The translations under genes were made by a program, and so were the position numbers. The notes beneath the pieces were generated by a model, which worked only from the letters and a program-made list of their open reading frames with translations, did no database searches and had not been told where the DNA came from. A DNA stretch of 64,000 nt from the human T2T-CHM13v2.0 reference genome, Homo sapiens. Positions 39,058 through 55,441 of this stretch are shown in pieces (within the stretch, counting starts at the first letter, position 1; every line of letters starts with the position of its first letter). Location: NCBI RefSeq assembly GCF_009914755.1, contig NC_060926.1, one strand, 5' to 3'.

Positions 39058-41765
39058 CTACATGCCAGACACTATATTGAGTGCTTTTTATATATAAGAA
39101 GTAAAGCTTAAAGAGGTTAAGCAACATGCCCAGGGTCACCCAGGCAGTGAGCTGAAGAGGTAGGATTTGAACCCACTCTGGCTCGAGGGCCCATGTCTCA
39201 CCCTAGCTCAGGCTCCTGAACCTCCCAATTTTTCCCCATCAAGCTGGGCACATGAGCCCTCAAGGACAGCTTTGCAAAGCACCATGCAAAGTGCTTGAGG
39301 CAAATACGAGTGTCACTTGGTGCAGACACCCTCAGGCCAAGGTCAACAGCCACATAGGCTCCCCAATCTCCAAACGGGAGAGGTGCGCTAGGTCTGGAGT
39401 TCAGCTGGAAACACATGGGCCTGTGCTCCAGCAGAGGGCTCCCATCACCTCTCTGCTCTCTTTTTTTATGAAGCAAGGGTGACAGCGCCTCTGTTTTGCT
39501 TCTTGAACCGGCCATTCCAGTGCTCATTTAGATGCACCGGTAATGGTTCATAGGAGTGTAGAATATCCAGCAAATTCCACGATGCTGGGTGTGGTCATGG
39601 GAGGCAGTGGTCATAAATGAAGTTCTTGCTGTGGGATTGTCAGAGAATCCAGCACATGACAAAGGGAGTTATCCATGATCATAGTAGTCTGTGATCATTC
39701 CCTTGGAAGAGACAGACAACTTCATGCCTTGAGAATGTTTTGAAGAAAGTGAAGTCCCCTAATCGGGGGCAGGGAGCCTGTAAAGTTAGCCTTCTAGTTG
39801 TGGGCCATGCCACATCCTGGTGGGATGCAGCCCAGCTCACTCAAACCACATGCCGCTTAGCTGGTAAGCAGTCCATCTCTGTGTCACATAGATTCCCTGT
39901 TGGGCTTCCCAGTCCTTGGTGGCTGTTTCATGACTGTGCTGAGTCCTGCAGGCCTCTATGGTCTGTTGTATAATATTATGGCTCCTGCATCCAGAGGCTT
40001 CTTGGGCTTCTTCATTCCAAATGCTTTTCTCAGAAGCTGTCTTTTCTGTGCGGCACAGTCCCACACTGCTAGCTGAGAGGATGGGGACTGTGAGCACCTG
40101 CTAACTCTTCTATCCCTAGTCCCAGCCTGTGGAAGTGATGGCCCTGGTGTTTTCTCTAGCAGAGTATACCAACGTGGAATGAATGATGCCTGACTAGGCC
40201 TGCAGAAGGGGTCAACCAGGCCCTTCAGGGTGGTTTATTTCATTTTGGAAGGAGGAGGAGAGACCCTAATTGTTCAGGTGTAGACACATCTGATACTGGG
40301 AAATGGGTGATGTGGGAGTAAATCTCTCTCTCTCTCTCTTTCTCTCTCGGTGGGGCAGGCTCTCACTCGGTTGCCTTGCTGGGGTGCAGTGGCACCATCT
40401 CAGCTCACTGCAGCCTGGACCTTCGGGCTCAAGTGATTCTCCCACCTCGGCTACCTGAGTAGCTGGGACTACAGGTGTGCCACCACGCCCAGCTAATTTT
40501 TGTCAAATCTCTCTCTTCTTTGAGGTCTGAGTATGACAGGACAATGGCCTCCATTGATGAGCCACTGGGGCCTGAGAGCAGAACCATGCAGCTGAGAAGG
40601 ACCGTCAGATGAGTGACCTCTGGAGCTCTCTGGACAGCCTGGAAGAGTGGCTTCTTTCTTCCAGGGAGAAAGCCTCAGTCTCTCCTGGACTGGGCCCCAA
40701 ACTCTCTGCACTTCACACTGGACTGGCCCCGAACTCTCCAGGTGTTAAGGAGCTGACATTTTCCCCCAACTCTCTAAACATCTGGTCTCTAAGCTTAGAC
40801 TACCTGACACCTAAATCTATAATGTTTATTTCTCCTGAGCAAAACCTCTCTCATACTAGCCCCTCTGCAACAGCAGACAGCTGCCTCACTGGGGAAGCTC
40901 CACAGTGCATGACCTCTGTGGGATGCTAAGAGGATGGGACTATAGCCACCTGCTGACCCTCAGGCCATTACCAATTGTATTTGCTGATGTTCTTCCTGAG
41001 CCACTCTGAGTGACAAAAAATATTTAAGGTTGAGGAAAGAAGCCTTTGACATTATTTAACTATGCTCCAATGGACCTCTGCCCTAAACACCAGACTCAGA
41101 CCCAGCTGCCTACTGGGTGGCAGTAGGATCTCCATTTGGAGATGTTTACTGGGCATCTTTGGCCTAATGCGGACCTATCTCCAGCCTCTGTCCAGCCTGC
41201 TCCTTCCCTGTCTTTCCCATCTCAGCAAACGGGACCTTCTCCTTTCCATTTTCTCAGGCCGTGCTCGACCTTGTCATTTTTCCCTTGACTTCTCTCTTTC
41301 TGTCACGCCTGTCATCCAACCCGTTGGGAGAGCAGATAAGATTGATCCAGGATATATACGAAGTATTGGCCACTTCTCATCACCTTCTGGCTACCAGCAG
41401 AGCCTTTGCTGGTCTATATTGTGTTGCTTTTCTACAATTTAGAAAAACATCACCCCCATGACTGAATGGGTGGCAGAGCCTTTGAGTAGAGAACGATACT
41501 CCTTCCTTGGATGGCTGAAGCCCCACAGTTAGACTCTGGGCTGATGCTCAGTGCCCTGACTAGACTCCAGCCCCACCTATCCATGAGGCTGGTGCCTTGC
41601 TCCCTGCATCACCTGCACAATCATGCGCAGTGAGCTGAGCAGGCCACGCTGGTGCAGACCTGCTGTCTCACTCACCTAGACCATTGCAGTCAGCTCTAAG
41701 GTCTCCGCTTTTACCCTTGCCCTACCACCTTTCAGTCTGTTCTCAATGCGAGGCCACAGCGATCT

Positions 41766-42086
41766 TTTATTATTTTATTATAATAATAATAATAATTATT
41801 GAAACAGAGTCTCTCTCTGACACCCAGGCTGGAGTACAGTGATGTGATTGTGGCTCACTGTAGCCTCAAACTCTTGGGCTCACACATTCCCCCCATCTCA
41901 GCCTCCTGAGTAGCGGCGATTACAGGTGTATGCCATCCTACCTGGCCAATTTTTTTCTTTTCTTTTCTTTTAGAGATGGGGCCTCAACTGTGTTGACCAA
42001 GCTGTTTAGAATTCCTGGGCTCAAGTCATCCTCCTCAGCCTCCCAAAGTGCTGGGATTACAGGCATGAGCCACCATGCCCAGCCTG
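41766..42086 (-). mobile_element. AluJ within L2-like sequence
   Basis: Reverse-complement Alu with a (TAA)n tail. Confidence 0.85.
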
Positions 42087-44659
42087 ATTATTTAAAAGTA
42101 TACATCAAATCAAGGCACTCCTCTGCTGTAAACCTCACTCTAAGCAAAAGCCAAAGTTCCAGCAAAGTCCTATGAAGCCCCATACAATTCGTCCCCTATT
42201 ACCTTGTTGACCCATCTCTTGTTATCTTCCCCTTCCTCCTTTTGCTGTGAACACAAGACCTCCTTGGGGTCTCTTGAAGTGCTAGGCCTCCTCTCACCTC
42301 TGGCAGAGCTCTTGCACTCACACCTCCATCTGCTGGAAGGTTCTCCCACATAGGTTTACCTGGCTCATTCTCAACCTGGCTTAGGTCTTTACTCAAATGT
42401 CACCTATTCTGTGAAATGTCACCTTCGCTGTCCAACTATTTAAAAATGCAATCTCCCTCCCCTCTCCCCTCAATCTGACATTTCTTTCACCCCTTCCCGT
42501 AGCACTTTTTCTTTTTCTCCACAGCCCTTACCACCATCTAACACGTTACATTTATTTCACTTATTTATTTTCTTGTCTCTTTCCTCATTAGAACAAGCTC
42601 CACAAAAGCAGGCATTTTCATCTGTCTTCTTGTTGGCTGTGTTCTCAGCACCTAGAGCACTGCCTGATCCCTAATAGGTGAATGGTTCCTTTATATTTGT
42701 TGAATGAATGAGTGGCAGGAGGCAGAGTGGGTCTATTATGTGGAAATATATGAGATTGTTCTTGCCAGTCAAAAGCTGTCAAATATTGGCAGCTTCACGT
42801 GGTTCAAATTAATGTAACGTAATACAGAACAATGGCCAAAAGGAGGTGTTACGTGAGGGACATTTGCTCCTGATTTGCTCAGTGTGCTCCTTCCTGTTGG
42901 AAAACATGAGATTCTTTTATAATCCCCTGGGAACGAATTTCCCATATAAATAGACATTTCCCTTCCTGAGCCCATCATTCACAGAGCAGCCTTCTTCCAG
43001 GTAGAGCCCCAGCAGTAATAATGCCCGTCTTGGCCTTCAGGCCTCCAGATATAAATTTTTTGGCTATGGGACAATTTTTTTTGGCTATGGGACACTTAGA
43101 AAAAATAAAGATCAATAGACTATCAAACTGTAGCCAGACATCAGATCCAATGCCAGGGACCTTGGCAAAGGTGACATCAGTAACGAGAGGAGGTGCCTCC
43201 AACTGACTGCTCAGGGCTGGGAGGAACAAGCCTCTGTGGTCTGAGCCCAGGAGCCTGCACCCCATCCACTGGGCTCACACAGAGTGTTCAGAGCCCAGAA
43301 ATCTCTTCCTCTGCCAGGTCTGCCTCTGCTGAGCTTGCAAAAAGGCATAGTCCTATTGCACAAATCTTTTTTTTTTTCTTTTCCTTTCTGTTTTTTTTCC
43401 ATATACCCAAGGGAATGGGAATAAAACCTTAATTTTGTGCCTTGTAAATACAGCTTTTAAAAAGATATAGACTATTAAAATCCAAATAAAAAAGATCTTT
43501 ACGTTTGGTGTCTCCAAATGCTATATTCCAGGACGTACATGCTGAGGCATCTGTCAGTCAAGACCACAAGATACAGCCATCCGGCCTATGCACTTAGTAT
43601 TTGCTAAAAGCGTGGTTACTGGTTGAGTGCGTCTGCAACACGGGGGCCCACGTTCAAATGCCTGCACGAGCCAGGTGGGAAATACAAGCGAGTGAAACTG
43701 GCTGACTCACGGCCACAAAGAAATGTGTTTCCTCCCAATCTGCTTGACTTCAGGCCATCTTTTTTTCCCCTCACTTTTGGTTAAGATGTGGGTACAAAAA
43801 GTATTATGCTTTTCTTCTTAAATCTATTAGAAGGAAAATATCAATACAAGTGTGACCACAATAGCACCTGGCACAGTCTCCCAGGAATGTAAAGGTTTGT
43901 GCCAATTTAGGGCACTTGATCTGCCTCAGAGGGTCTGCCTCTGCGGAGCTTCCATCTGCTGATTAACAGGGCATCACCCTACTTCACAAAGGCCTGTGTT
44001 CAGAGAAACCTCCCCCGGCTTTGTGCCATGGCCAGGGACCTCCTGACAAAGGTAGACCCTCACCTTCTGACTCTCCTGGAGTCTGTTCTTCACTCTGACC
44101 CAAACTATATCAAGTTCAGAAAACTGATTTCTGCCTCTCCCTCCATCCATTTATCTGATGCTCATCCGTGAGGCAGCTGGAATAGGATTGCTCCATTCCC
44201 CTGCCCAGGCATTGTTTTAAATCCCTGCAGAAAACAACAGCTACAGCCATCATGGTAATGAGGGATGACGGTGACAACCACAACCTGGAGAGCTCGATGG
44301 AGAAGGAGAGGGAGAGATCTGGTGACAAGTGACTCTCTTCAGCAGATCTAATCACTCCTAGAAAGATGTGACTGCCTTTTCATGCACAGCATCACTTAAA
44401 AGTTCTAGAGAACTAGGCAAGGGGTAGGGGAAATGCAGCTGAAGTACATAGAAAAAAGTCTGCTGGAAATTTGAAATGATACTGAGTACAATGTACATCG
44501 GAAGGATTAAATGGAAATAAGGCAAAAGTAGGAAAGTTTCAGTCAAAGTTGAAGGCTTGAGTTTTAGCTGGATGTGGTCTTGAGGAAATGCAGGTTCAGT
44601 GGGACTACATCATCGGATGTTTCACGAAGCAGGAATTCTGCTTTGGAAAACCAAACCAG

Positions 44660-45738
<1,079 letters not shown>

Positions 45739-46821
45739 ACAAGCAGTCAGGTGAAGAACAAACATGAGAAACTGTCTTCAAATGCAGATAACAGTAACAG
45801 AGATGACAAAATGAAAGACAAGGAAGTGACAGAGTGGAGAGCTAACATGCAGATAACTGATGCTCCTGAAGAAGATCCTAGAGCCAGTGGGCTGCAAATC
45901 AGAAATAAAGATATAAGAAACTCCCCCTGCACTGATTCCTTGCAAAATCACTCAGACACATCGACACCTAGACACATCCAACCCTTACAAATGCCCAATA
46001 AACACATTAAAAAATAACTTTAGTTCCACTATTTAATAAAAAAAGTATTTGCTTATTCAACTGAAAATGATTTATAATAAAAGCAATGATAATGCCAACT
46101 GTTAGTGAGGCTCTGAGGGAACTGGGCCCTACATATATTGTTAATGGAAACATAAACCGTAGAACTTTTTCATGTTTGTTCTTCACCTGACTGCTTGTTT
46201 TTTTATGAGCTTTATTGATACATAATTCACATACCATGCAATTCACCCATCAAAGTGTACAATTCAGTGATTTAGCAATTTGAGAGCACATAGCAAACCT
46301 TAGTATAAGTATATTCTTATTCACTTTCCCAGCATTTCTATCTCTAAGAATTCCCCCTGAGGGGGGAAAAGGACTAGATTTATCCAGATATTTAGCTATA
46401 AGAATATTATGAAAATTTATGCATATCTCCAATGCTCAATGACACAGGGATTTGTTAAATTAATTTTGCTCTCATCATATAATTAAAAATCATGAGGCCA
46501 CTGATGATGTTTTGGAAAAATGCTTAATGACAGATACTTTTTCATGACTTTTTTTTGTTAAAGGAAGATAACGGTTTATAAGACAGCATATGCACCATTT
46601 AAAAAATTTACAATACATGCATACATACATATATTACATGTACACATGAGTAGAAGGTGAGGGAGAAGTAGGAAACCAAGAATGGGAAAAGTTCTTATTA
46701 CACATTAAGTGGTAACAATGATTTTTATTTTCTTTTTGCTTTTAAAACACTTGTATGGTGATTATGCACGGACTTCTGTAATGGTAAAAATAATAACGAA
46801 AGATGTTTTAAGAGTTCTCCA

Positions 46822-47127
46822 GGCTGGACACAGTGGCTTATGTCTGTAATCTCAGCACTTTGGAGGCCAAGGCAGAAGGATCACTTGAACCCAGGAGCTT
46901 GAGACCAGCCTGGGCAACATAGTGAGACCCCCATCTCTACAGAACGAGTTTTTAAAAAATTAGCCGGGCATGGTAGTGAAAGCTTGCAGTCCCACCTGCT
47001 CCATAGGCCAAGGCGTGAGGATTGCTTAAGCCCAGGAGGTTGAGGCTGCAGTGAGCCATGATTGTGTCACTGCACTCCAGCCTGGTTGACAGAGTGAGAC
47101 CCTGTCTCAGAAAAAAAAAAAAAAAAA
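46822..47127 (+). mobile_element. AluJ
   Basis: Full-length; TSD approximately AGTTCTCC; sits immediately before the acceptor at 47138. Confidence 0.9.
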
Positions 47128-50100
47128 GTTCTCCTCAGGCTAGAGTCCAACCCTTCAGCAAGTGCATCAGACCCTGGCCCCAGCAGCTCCTGCAACTTCA
47201 ACTAGTGGGTATGGGGCATCTTTGGGGGCCATACATCATTTCTGATACTTCCCTAAATGGGGGCCGTATTTGTGTTTTCACAGCGATCTGCCATTTCATT
47301 TGCCTGGAGCGTTCTCCTCTCACTCCCCCACCTGGCTTCCTGACTATTGTCTCATGGGTCGCCTTTCCTGGGATGCCACCCAAGCAGAGGGAACCATTTC
47401 CTGCTCCCACTTTACCCTGTGCATGCACTATTTTTGTATCTTGCACGGCAAGTTTACACTTCTCTCTCATGACTCATTGGAGGATTAGGCTGGGTTCTTA
47501 ATCATCCTTCTTGTTTAATCAGCATCCAACGCAGGCCTGTACAAATGTTTATGGAGTAAACGAGTGAATGAATGAATGAGTCTGTTTGAGCTCTAGGCTC
47601 ACATGAGCCTTGAGTGCAGAAGATCTGCACTCAAGTGCCCCTTGGGTCCCTAAATCAACATGCCCCAAACTAAGCCCACCGTTTTCTCCTTGTTCCTCAT
47701 TACCAATCCTCACTGTTTTTGTGCGTGCCCCATCTCTGTGATTGGAACTACACCCTTCCAGTGACGAGCTGGGATCTTGGGTGCCTCTTTTTTCTGCTGT
47801 AATAATTCTCCTGGGGCTATCAATTCTGTCACTCACATGACTCCTGTGTTGTTTTCCCTTCTTTCCATGCCCATGCTGCCGACCTCTCTCCCTCACTCTT
47901 CCTCTCTCTTAGATATCTGCCACAGCCTCCTCACCCCTATCCTGTTGAAAACTCCCTAGTGACCTCCGTTTTCCCCAGGATACAGTCAGAACTCTTTGTC
48001 AAGGTTTACCTGCCCTGTGTGATCCAGCCCTGCTCAGCCCTGACTATCTCTCCAGCTTCGTTTCTCCTCAGCCCCACCCCTTTCATCCTTCTTAGGAGCG
48101 ACCTGAAGAACTTTCTTCTCTCCGTGCCTCATTCATATTGTTGGTTTTGTCTGGAATCCTTTTTCCAACCCCCTTGCCTCCCTAACTCATTTGTCAAGCC
48201 TTACTTTAAAAGACACTTCTTCCAGGAACCCTTCCTTCACTCCCCAAGTCCAGTTAGGCCCCTCGCATATACACCCCCCCTAGCTCCCTACACTTTCCCC
48301 AACATAGCTCTCTCACACTGTATTTAATCGTTCACTTAATTGTTCTTCTCCCCCAACAGACTGTAAGAGACAACAGCCGGTGTCAGGGCGGTGAGGTGGG
48401 GAAGCAGAAAACACGTCTGCTTGTTCACGAACGTTCTTCCAATGTCCAGCAAAAATTTGGTCCTTAATAAATCCGCTTATCATTCAACAAGCCAACAGAT
48501 GGAACAATGTTTGCTTGCGCTACTGCAGATGCTAATTCAAACTTTGGGACCAGGCAAGGCATTTGGCTCTTCATTTTATGAAGATCAGAGAGAGGGAGCG
48601 CAGTACCCAGTTGACTGACCGAGAGAGAGCTCTGTGGTGGGGGAAGGCTGCTGTGTTGGGCCCTTGTGGGGAGTGTGCTTTCCATCTGATTGCCTTTCCG
48701 CATCTGCACAACTAACTTCCCCCATGGGTCACGAGTTTTTCCAAGACTGACAGGAACCTACCCTGAAAAGTAAAGGAAGTTCCCTGCGTGTTTCTTAGTG
48801 ACACCTTCAAAATATTTTCAACATTCCTCAGTTTAAAGGTCCCAGGACTGAAATTTTAGATGGTGTCGAATTCCCCCGTGGAGATGCTGCTGGGCCGGGC
48901 CAGACAGCTACCTCTCTCACACCCGCTTAATTAAGTTGGGATACGAAAAAGAGCAGTGGTGTTTGGGTCAGGCAGGCAGTAGTGCAATGTCTCCAAGTAG
49001 CTGAGTCAAGTTCAGCGGAATCCAGCTCCCTGGGGAGGCTGGAGGGTAGCTGGGTAGACTGGGTGAGTGTGGTGGATTGGAGTCTTGATCAGCAAACACT
49101 CCGGCCCTTCTTCCACCCCTCCGGCCCTTCTCCCTCCCCACTGCTGCTGAGGACTGGGTGTACTTCCGGCCTCACTGACTTTGAGCTTGGCCATGTGACC
49201 TGTGTTGGCCAATGGAATGTGAGCAGACAGGGTGTGCGCAGAGGCGTTAAATGCGCTTGCAAGGTTCTTCTCTCTTGTGCTCCTTTCATTCCTGAAGACA
49301 GGAGTATACACCAGGTCACCACTGTTCCTTCAGCCTCGTTCTCTGGATATACAGTTTGGATACATTTAGTTTGAGATGGCTACTATAGATCTAAGCAGAG
49401 ATCCATGTGATTTGGAGTTCAGGGGGTCTGGGCTGGAAATACACATTGGAATCATCTGCAAATATGTGACATTTAAAGCCTTGAGACAGATGAGCTCACC
49501 AAGGTGTGAGTGTGGATGGAAAAAGAGTCCAGTCGAGTCTTGGTTTCCTTCAATATTTAGAGGTCAGAGAGATGAGAAGGAATCAGCAAGAAAACAGACA
49601 CGGAAAAGCCAGAAAGGCAGGCAGACAGCCAGGCCAACCATGGGCCGTGGGAGCCCCATGGACAGAGGGCTCAGAGTTGGAGAGAGCTATCAAATGTGTC
49701 CGACACTGCTGATGGGCCCGTGAGATGAAGATGAAGCCCTGACCTGTGAGTTTAGTGACAGGGAAGTCGTAGGTATCCTTGATGAGAATATATTTTGTGG
49801 AGTCATAGGGGCAAAAACATCAACCAAGGGATTCGGGAGAGAATAAGAGGAGAGATATTTGCAAGTTAGACAATTCTTACTAAAGCTTGGTTCAGAAATG
49901 AAGGAGAGAAATGGGACTCTAGCCCAAGGGGGTGGTGGCATCCAGAGAGATTTTTTATGGGATAAAAAATAGTAAGTTTGAACGCTGACAGGAAGGATCA
50001 AAGAGAGAGAAGAAATTGATGATGCAATAGGGATGGGAGAGTGTTAACAGCCAGTTCACCCATTGTACCAAGAATAAGGTCAGGGATACAGCTTGCATGC

Positions 50101-51229
50101 AGGTAGGTGAGCAGATAGAGTGAGGGAAGCTTGTGGACATTCTCTTTCAGTTACATTGATTTTCTCAATGAAACGGGAACCCAGGTCGTCAGTAAGAGTA
50201 AGCAAGTGGCAGGTGAAGAAGAAAGTATGACAGAGTCATCTAGGAGAGTTGGAGAATGAATGGAGCAAGGCGTGCAGCTTAGATGCTGGCTAGCAGTGAC
50301 TGTTCTGAGCACTTTGTACTGGCTTTTCTACTAAAGCCTCACAACAGCCTATGAAGTAAGCCCTATTATTTGCCCCATCTACAGATAAGAATTGAAGCAC
50401 AAAGTGGTCAAGAAACTTGTCCATAGTCCCACAGCAGGAAAGCCAGGATTTGACTACCAGTGATCTGTTTCCAGGGCCCAAATGCTTAAGCACTAGGTTA
50501 GGCTGACCCAGTTAAACATGAAAGCTTGTCACAGAACTGAACTAAATAGAATAGAATAAAGGTTGAATTAATGTGTGTGGTGCAACCACTCTGTGTCAAG
50601 CTCTGCACTAGATTCCTCTGCAAAAACCCTTTGAGTTGTGGTTATTATCAACCCCATTTTACTGATGAGGACATTAAGGTCTGGAAAGATTCAGTTGCTT
50701 GTTCAAAAGTTGAAGAGCTAGCAAATGGAAGCCCACACCATGTATACAGCCCACACACCCTGATTCTAAAGCCCACACCCTGTGTACAATGCCAAAGAAC
50801 CCTTAGGATATGTGAGTGGGTCGACCTAGCTTAAGTTGCTTCATTAAGCCAAATACATCAAAACCCTCCCTACATCAGGCTGAGATCACTTGCAAACTTT
50901 ATCCTGAGCACCTGGAGAGCTTGCGACATGGTCCTTACAGCAGGAAGAATTTAAAAGAAGATAACTTTGGGGGAATGCTTGTTGTTTTTCTGACCATTTT
51001 TGGATGCTTGATCCGTTAGGTGAGGAAGAGGAGAGCTTAGAGTTGAAGTAGATGATGGGAGTTTCGACATTTTCTTCTAATTAAAACTGTAATCTTTTAT
51101 AACAGAAGCAACCATTCTGGTTTTTCAAGCATTTCCAAAAACCATTTTCTCAAGAAAGAGTGCTCATAATGTATCATCTTCACTGAACAGCCACCCACTT
51201 CCTCAAATGCAAGGAAGCAGACAGTTAAA

Positions 51230-51658
51230 AAAGAAACACACACACACACACACAAAACCAAGAGGCAGCAGTTGTTTATCACGACCTCAACTCAGTAAGG
51301 CCTGAGATTCTTTCGAAAAGGAGCTTTGCTTCCCATGACGCAGAGGGAAGTGTCAACTGGGATATTTCTGGTAAAACTGAAAGCAAGAAAAGCAGGGTGC
51401 TAGCCCCTGTGGGACTGAGGGTGGAGGCTGGGGGAGTTTGGGTGCCATCCTCCAGTGACAGATGGATGGACCTTTCATCTAAGAGAAAGGAGGAGACACG
51501 TTGGCAAATCAGCCTCAAGCCTAAGATTGCTTGTGAAGCAATCATAAGGAGGAACAAAAACAGACACAAAAACAGAGGGAAAGAGTGAAAAGACAAGAAG
51601 GGCGCAAACTGTGACAGACTCACCGCTTCACTAACTACTCACTTAAACTGGAAGCAAA
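51230..51658 (+). promoter_or_regulatory. ARHGAP25: ARHGAP25 proximal promoter and 5' UTR of exon 1
   Basis: Repeat-free sequence directly upstream of the ATG. Contains (CA)n at ~51236-51253, a CRE-like TGACGCA at ~51336, an ETS/PU.1-type GAGGGAAGTG at ~51343 and an IRF-like AAACTGAAAG at ~51375. No CpG island. TSS not determinable from sequence. Confidence 0.65.
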
Positions 51659-51719
51659 ATGTCCCTAAAATTGCCAAGGAACTGGGATTTCAACCTGAAA
51701 GTGGAGGCTGCGAAAATAG
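51659..51719 (+). CDS. ARHGAP25: First coding exon of Rho GTPase-activating protein 25 (N-terminal 20 aa plus 1 nt)
   Basis: ATG at 51659 in AAAATGT context translates to MSLKLPRNWDFNLKVEAAKI, which I recognise as the N-terminus of human ARHGAP25. Ends at a phase-1 donor ATAG|GTATGG (51719/51720). Too short for the ORF track. Confidence 0.95.
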
Positions 51720-53837
51720 GTATGGTTGGTGTCTTTTCGTTGCCTCTGTGATTCTTACGTATACTCGAGCACCATTTGCATGTTGGTCTGCAGGGAGCAT
51801 AGTCTACTTAAAAATGGATCTCGCAGCAAATCTGAGTTTGAGGGACCATTTGCATTTAAGTTGGCATGCCAGGTCCAAGTTCTAAAATGCTGGGAGGGGG
51901 TTCTCTTTCATTTGGACAAAACAGTGGGATGGCACTCCTTGGTGTGCAGGATCTGGGGTACTTCGGATGATTTAAGGCTACAGACTACACACAAAACTGT
52001 GAGTTTTTAGCATATTCCATTTCCTTCCTGTTTGGAAACTCATCCATATTTTGAATGGTTCTGAACAGGAGCACAAAGACTAGAGTCTTTTGAAGTGCTC
52101 AATCTGTAAGTAAATTCAATGGGTGTTCTGTTTTGTGAGCCCAGGAGTCAAGGTGTATTAAAAGGTAGTAGCAAAAGGTAGACAACAAAAACAAGACAGG
52201 AACATAAAAACGTACTAAAGTATAATAAAGACCTTACTTAATAAAAATATAATTAAAGGAACAGAATGGGAGGGAATTCTTAGATGAGTTGGAAAAGAGA
52301 TGTATTTTTTATTATTTTAAGGGAGACTGGCATATTTTCTGAGATAGTCTGGCCTTTAATCCATACCCTGTCCTTCTAATGATGATAGTGATACATTAAG
52401 TTTAATCTATATATTCGTTATGAAGTTCTTTACATAGATTTCTTCTATTGCTAAATTGGTCACAGTAATTCACATCAGAGCAATCGGGCTGAAAACTATT
52501 GCCTACATTTATGTATCTCACCCATACATGAGATAACTTCCTTGATATTAGATATAGATAAGTATTAAGGTGTTTCTAACAGCTTGGAGGAATTTTGCTT
52601 GGAAAAAGGTTTAGATTTGAACCTCTAATGGGGTTAAGTGTGCTACTAAAATAAGTGCTCCATTGAAAAGTCACAAGCGGAGCATTAATGATGTAGGTCT
52701 GAGAAAGGGTTTGAAAGAAAACAGAGTAATCAGAGAAGCCATTTATCTTGATAACTAGGGGAGATTAGCGTTCCCTAATCAAGCTGTGAATGATTGTATG
52801 CTGAGGTCAGTTCAGAGAAAAGGTAATGTTCATACCTCTTACAAAAGCAAGAGATTTTCCTCCTAACTATCATTGATACAAATGTACTTGGCTAATGCTC
52901 AATCTATGTCATACAAATTATATGGTTCTGTTCCTTTGAAAGTGTCCTGCTTCTACATAAATAAGGTCATTCTGCCTTCTCTCCACCTATGTTTGAACAC
53001 AGGTTATTAGGGTCTTACTCTCCTTTGGTTTAAAAAACAAGAAAGTTGAGACAATTAATAGTTAAATGATTTTTTTCACAGATATAGGAAATTACCACAC
53101 TAGAGCTCAAGACTGCATATACTCAGGTCTGGGATTTGATTGAGTGAATTTCATGATTTTTACCAATGTTTCTTAAAGCATGGTCCCATAGATAACCTAT
53201 ATCAGACTCACATCAAGTGCTGGCTAAAAATGCAGATTTCTGGGCACCATCCTTACAAAATCAGAATCTCTGGAGGAAGGCCCAGGATCCTGCATTTTGA
53301 CAAGCACCCCCCACTTTCATCCTCACCTGAGGAAGAATTCCTGCTGTAGGTACTGTGGTCTATGTTCACTAGCCCCAGCAGACAGTTTTCACCCATTTAG
53401 TATAGGGCACAGTGCTTGTTCTTAACTGGGCACACAATAAATATTTGTTGGCTGAATGAATGCTTCAGCCAACAAAAACAAGCAGATGATGTTATTTAGT
53501 ATTACTTAATGAAAAAATAATAATAAGGACATAATGAAATACAGAGGAGCCCTTGTCATTATCCATGCTATCTATAAGTTTGTCACCCTGAAGGACTGGA
53601 CTACAGTAGGATGCATTTATAAGTGTCACATGAACTAGAATTCAGATCATAATCTGAGTCCTCTGATGGGGGAGAGCCCTTGACTCAGTCACAGGACTTC
53701 CAGTCCCCTCTCCAGCATCCTGTGTCCAGGTGTAACTGTAGGAACTGGCTTACCAATATATCAAAGAAACTTACCTCTATTGGGAAGACCTGTGGAACTG
53801 GGAGTTATGTCAGGAAAGCTGACAATCTGTGGTTTTA

Positions 53838-54070
53838 ACGTTTTCTCAACCTAGATACCATTGACATTTGGGGTTGGATAGTTTTTTGTTGTGGGGCCTG
53901 TCCTGTGAATTATAGGATGTTTAGCAGAATCCTTGGCCTCTACCTTCTAGGTGATGGTAACACCCCCCTACCACTACCAGTTGTGACAAATAAAACTGTC
54001 TTTACATATAGCCAAGTGTTCCTTGGGGATGGGGGTGAGGGTAATATCTTCTCTAATTGAGAACTCCTGG
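53838..54070. mobile_element. MER20-like hAT element
   Basis: ttctcaacct...attgacatttgggg...gttgtgacaa...ttgagaac. Confidence 0.75.
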
Positions 54071-55114
54071 AGTAGATGATCACCAAAAGGGTGGAATATA
54101 AGGTCATTTGGGACTAGAACCCAAATATTAACTCATGATTCACTCTGTAGCTCAATTTTTTGGAGGCTTTTATTGAGATCTGTCCTCAGGGAGCCAGGCC
54201 ATAGCTTAGGAAGGACACTAGAATGGGCCCTTGGTGAAATAGCAAGACACTGACCCAGAATGTGACCCAGGAAAGGGGCCCTAGCTTTTTTTGATGAGCT
54301 ATGCTTCCAGTTTCCCCAGAATCTTGTGAGCTGGAGTGAAAGTGAAAGTCTCTGAGAGCGAGGGGAGGGACTCTCCACTGTACTTCCATCTCAGAGCTGA
54401 AGAGGGTCTTGCTGGATGGCAGACTCACCTGAGTCCACTACCATGAGTCTGACAGATTTTCATGCAGTGATGAAGAAAAGTCACAGAACTTCCTGAATCT
54501 GACCTATTGATCCTGGCAGGAATAGGGGTTGGAAGAAAAAGGAAAATGCAGAACAAACAGTCTTGACTTGAGGTGGAGCCAAGAGCACACACTTCTTCCT
54601 GTGATCCTTTATCATTTTCAATTTTAGAATCATGACAGCCTTTCACTGCCTTCACGCAGTTACTCAAATATTTTGCCTTTTTAACTGAATTGTCATCACT
54701 GGAGGACAGGTCCAGACTTTCTGGACCTCCAGCCCCAGGTTACAGGGCTTTCTTGAAAGAGTTACATGGCTTCCCAATGACCAGGCCAGTCTACTTGAGC
54801 ACATTTTGTACCTTATTTGAACACTGAAATGCTGGTTCCCCAGTTTCAGGAGAATCCTGAAACTATATAGCCCATGGTGAACTGATTTGTGTTTGTTTGA
54901 TGTTCAGCTTTCTGAACATCAGAAAGTGGTGAGTGCTTTCTTTACAATTCATTACCAAACTTACTATATGCTAACCAGACCAGCCTGGGTTATGGACTGA
55001 ATGTGGTCTGTTTGCTGTGCCCAAAGTATTTGCTTTCCATGAGTAGCCTCCGGTCCCTGATAGATAAAGGTCCCCGATAGATAAAGGTCCCCACACATGC
55101 AAGTAGAGTCACTG

Positions 55115-55441
<327 letters not shown>

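Noticed and set aside
43054-43093. Tandem duplication of aattttttggctatgggac
   Set aside because: Ordinary slippage-type micro-duplication with no evidence of function.
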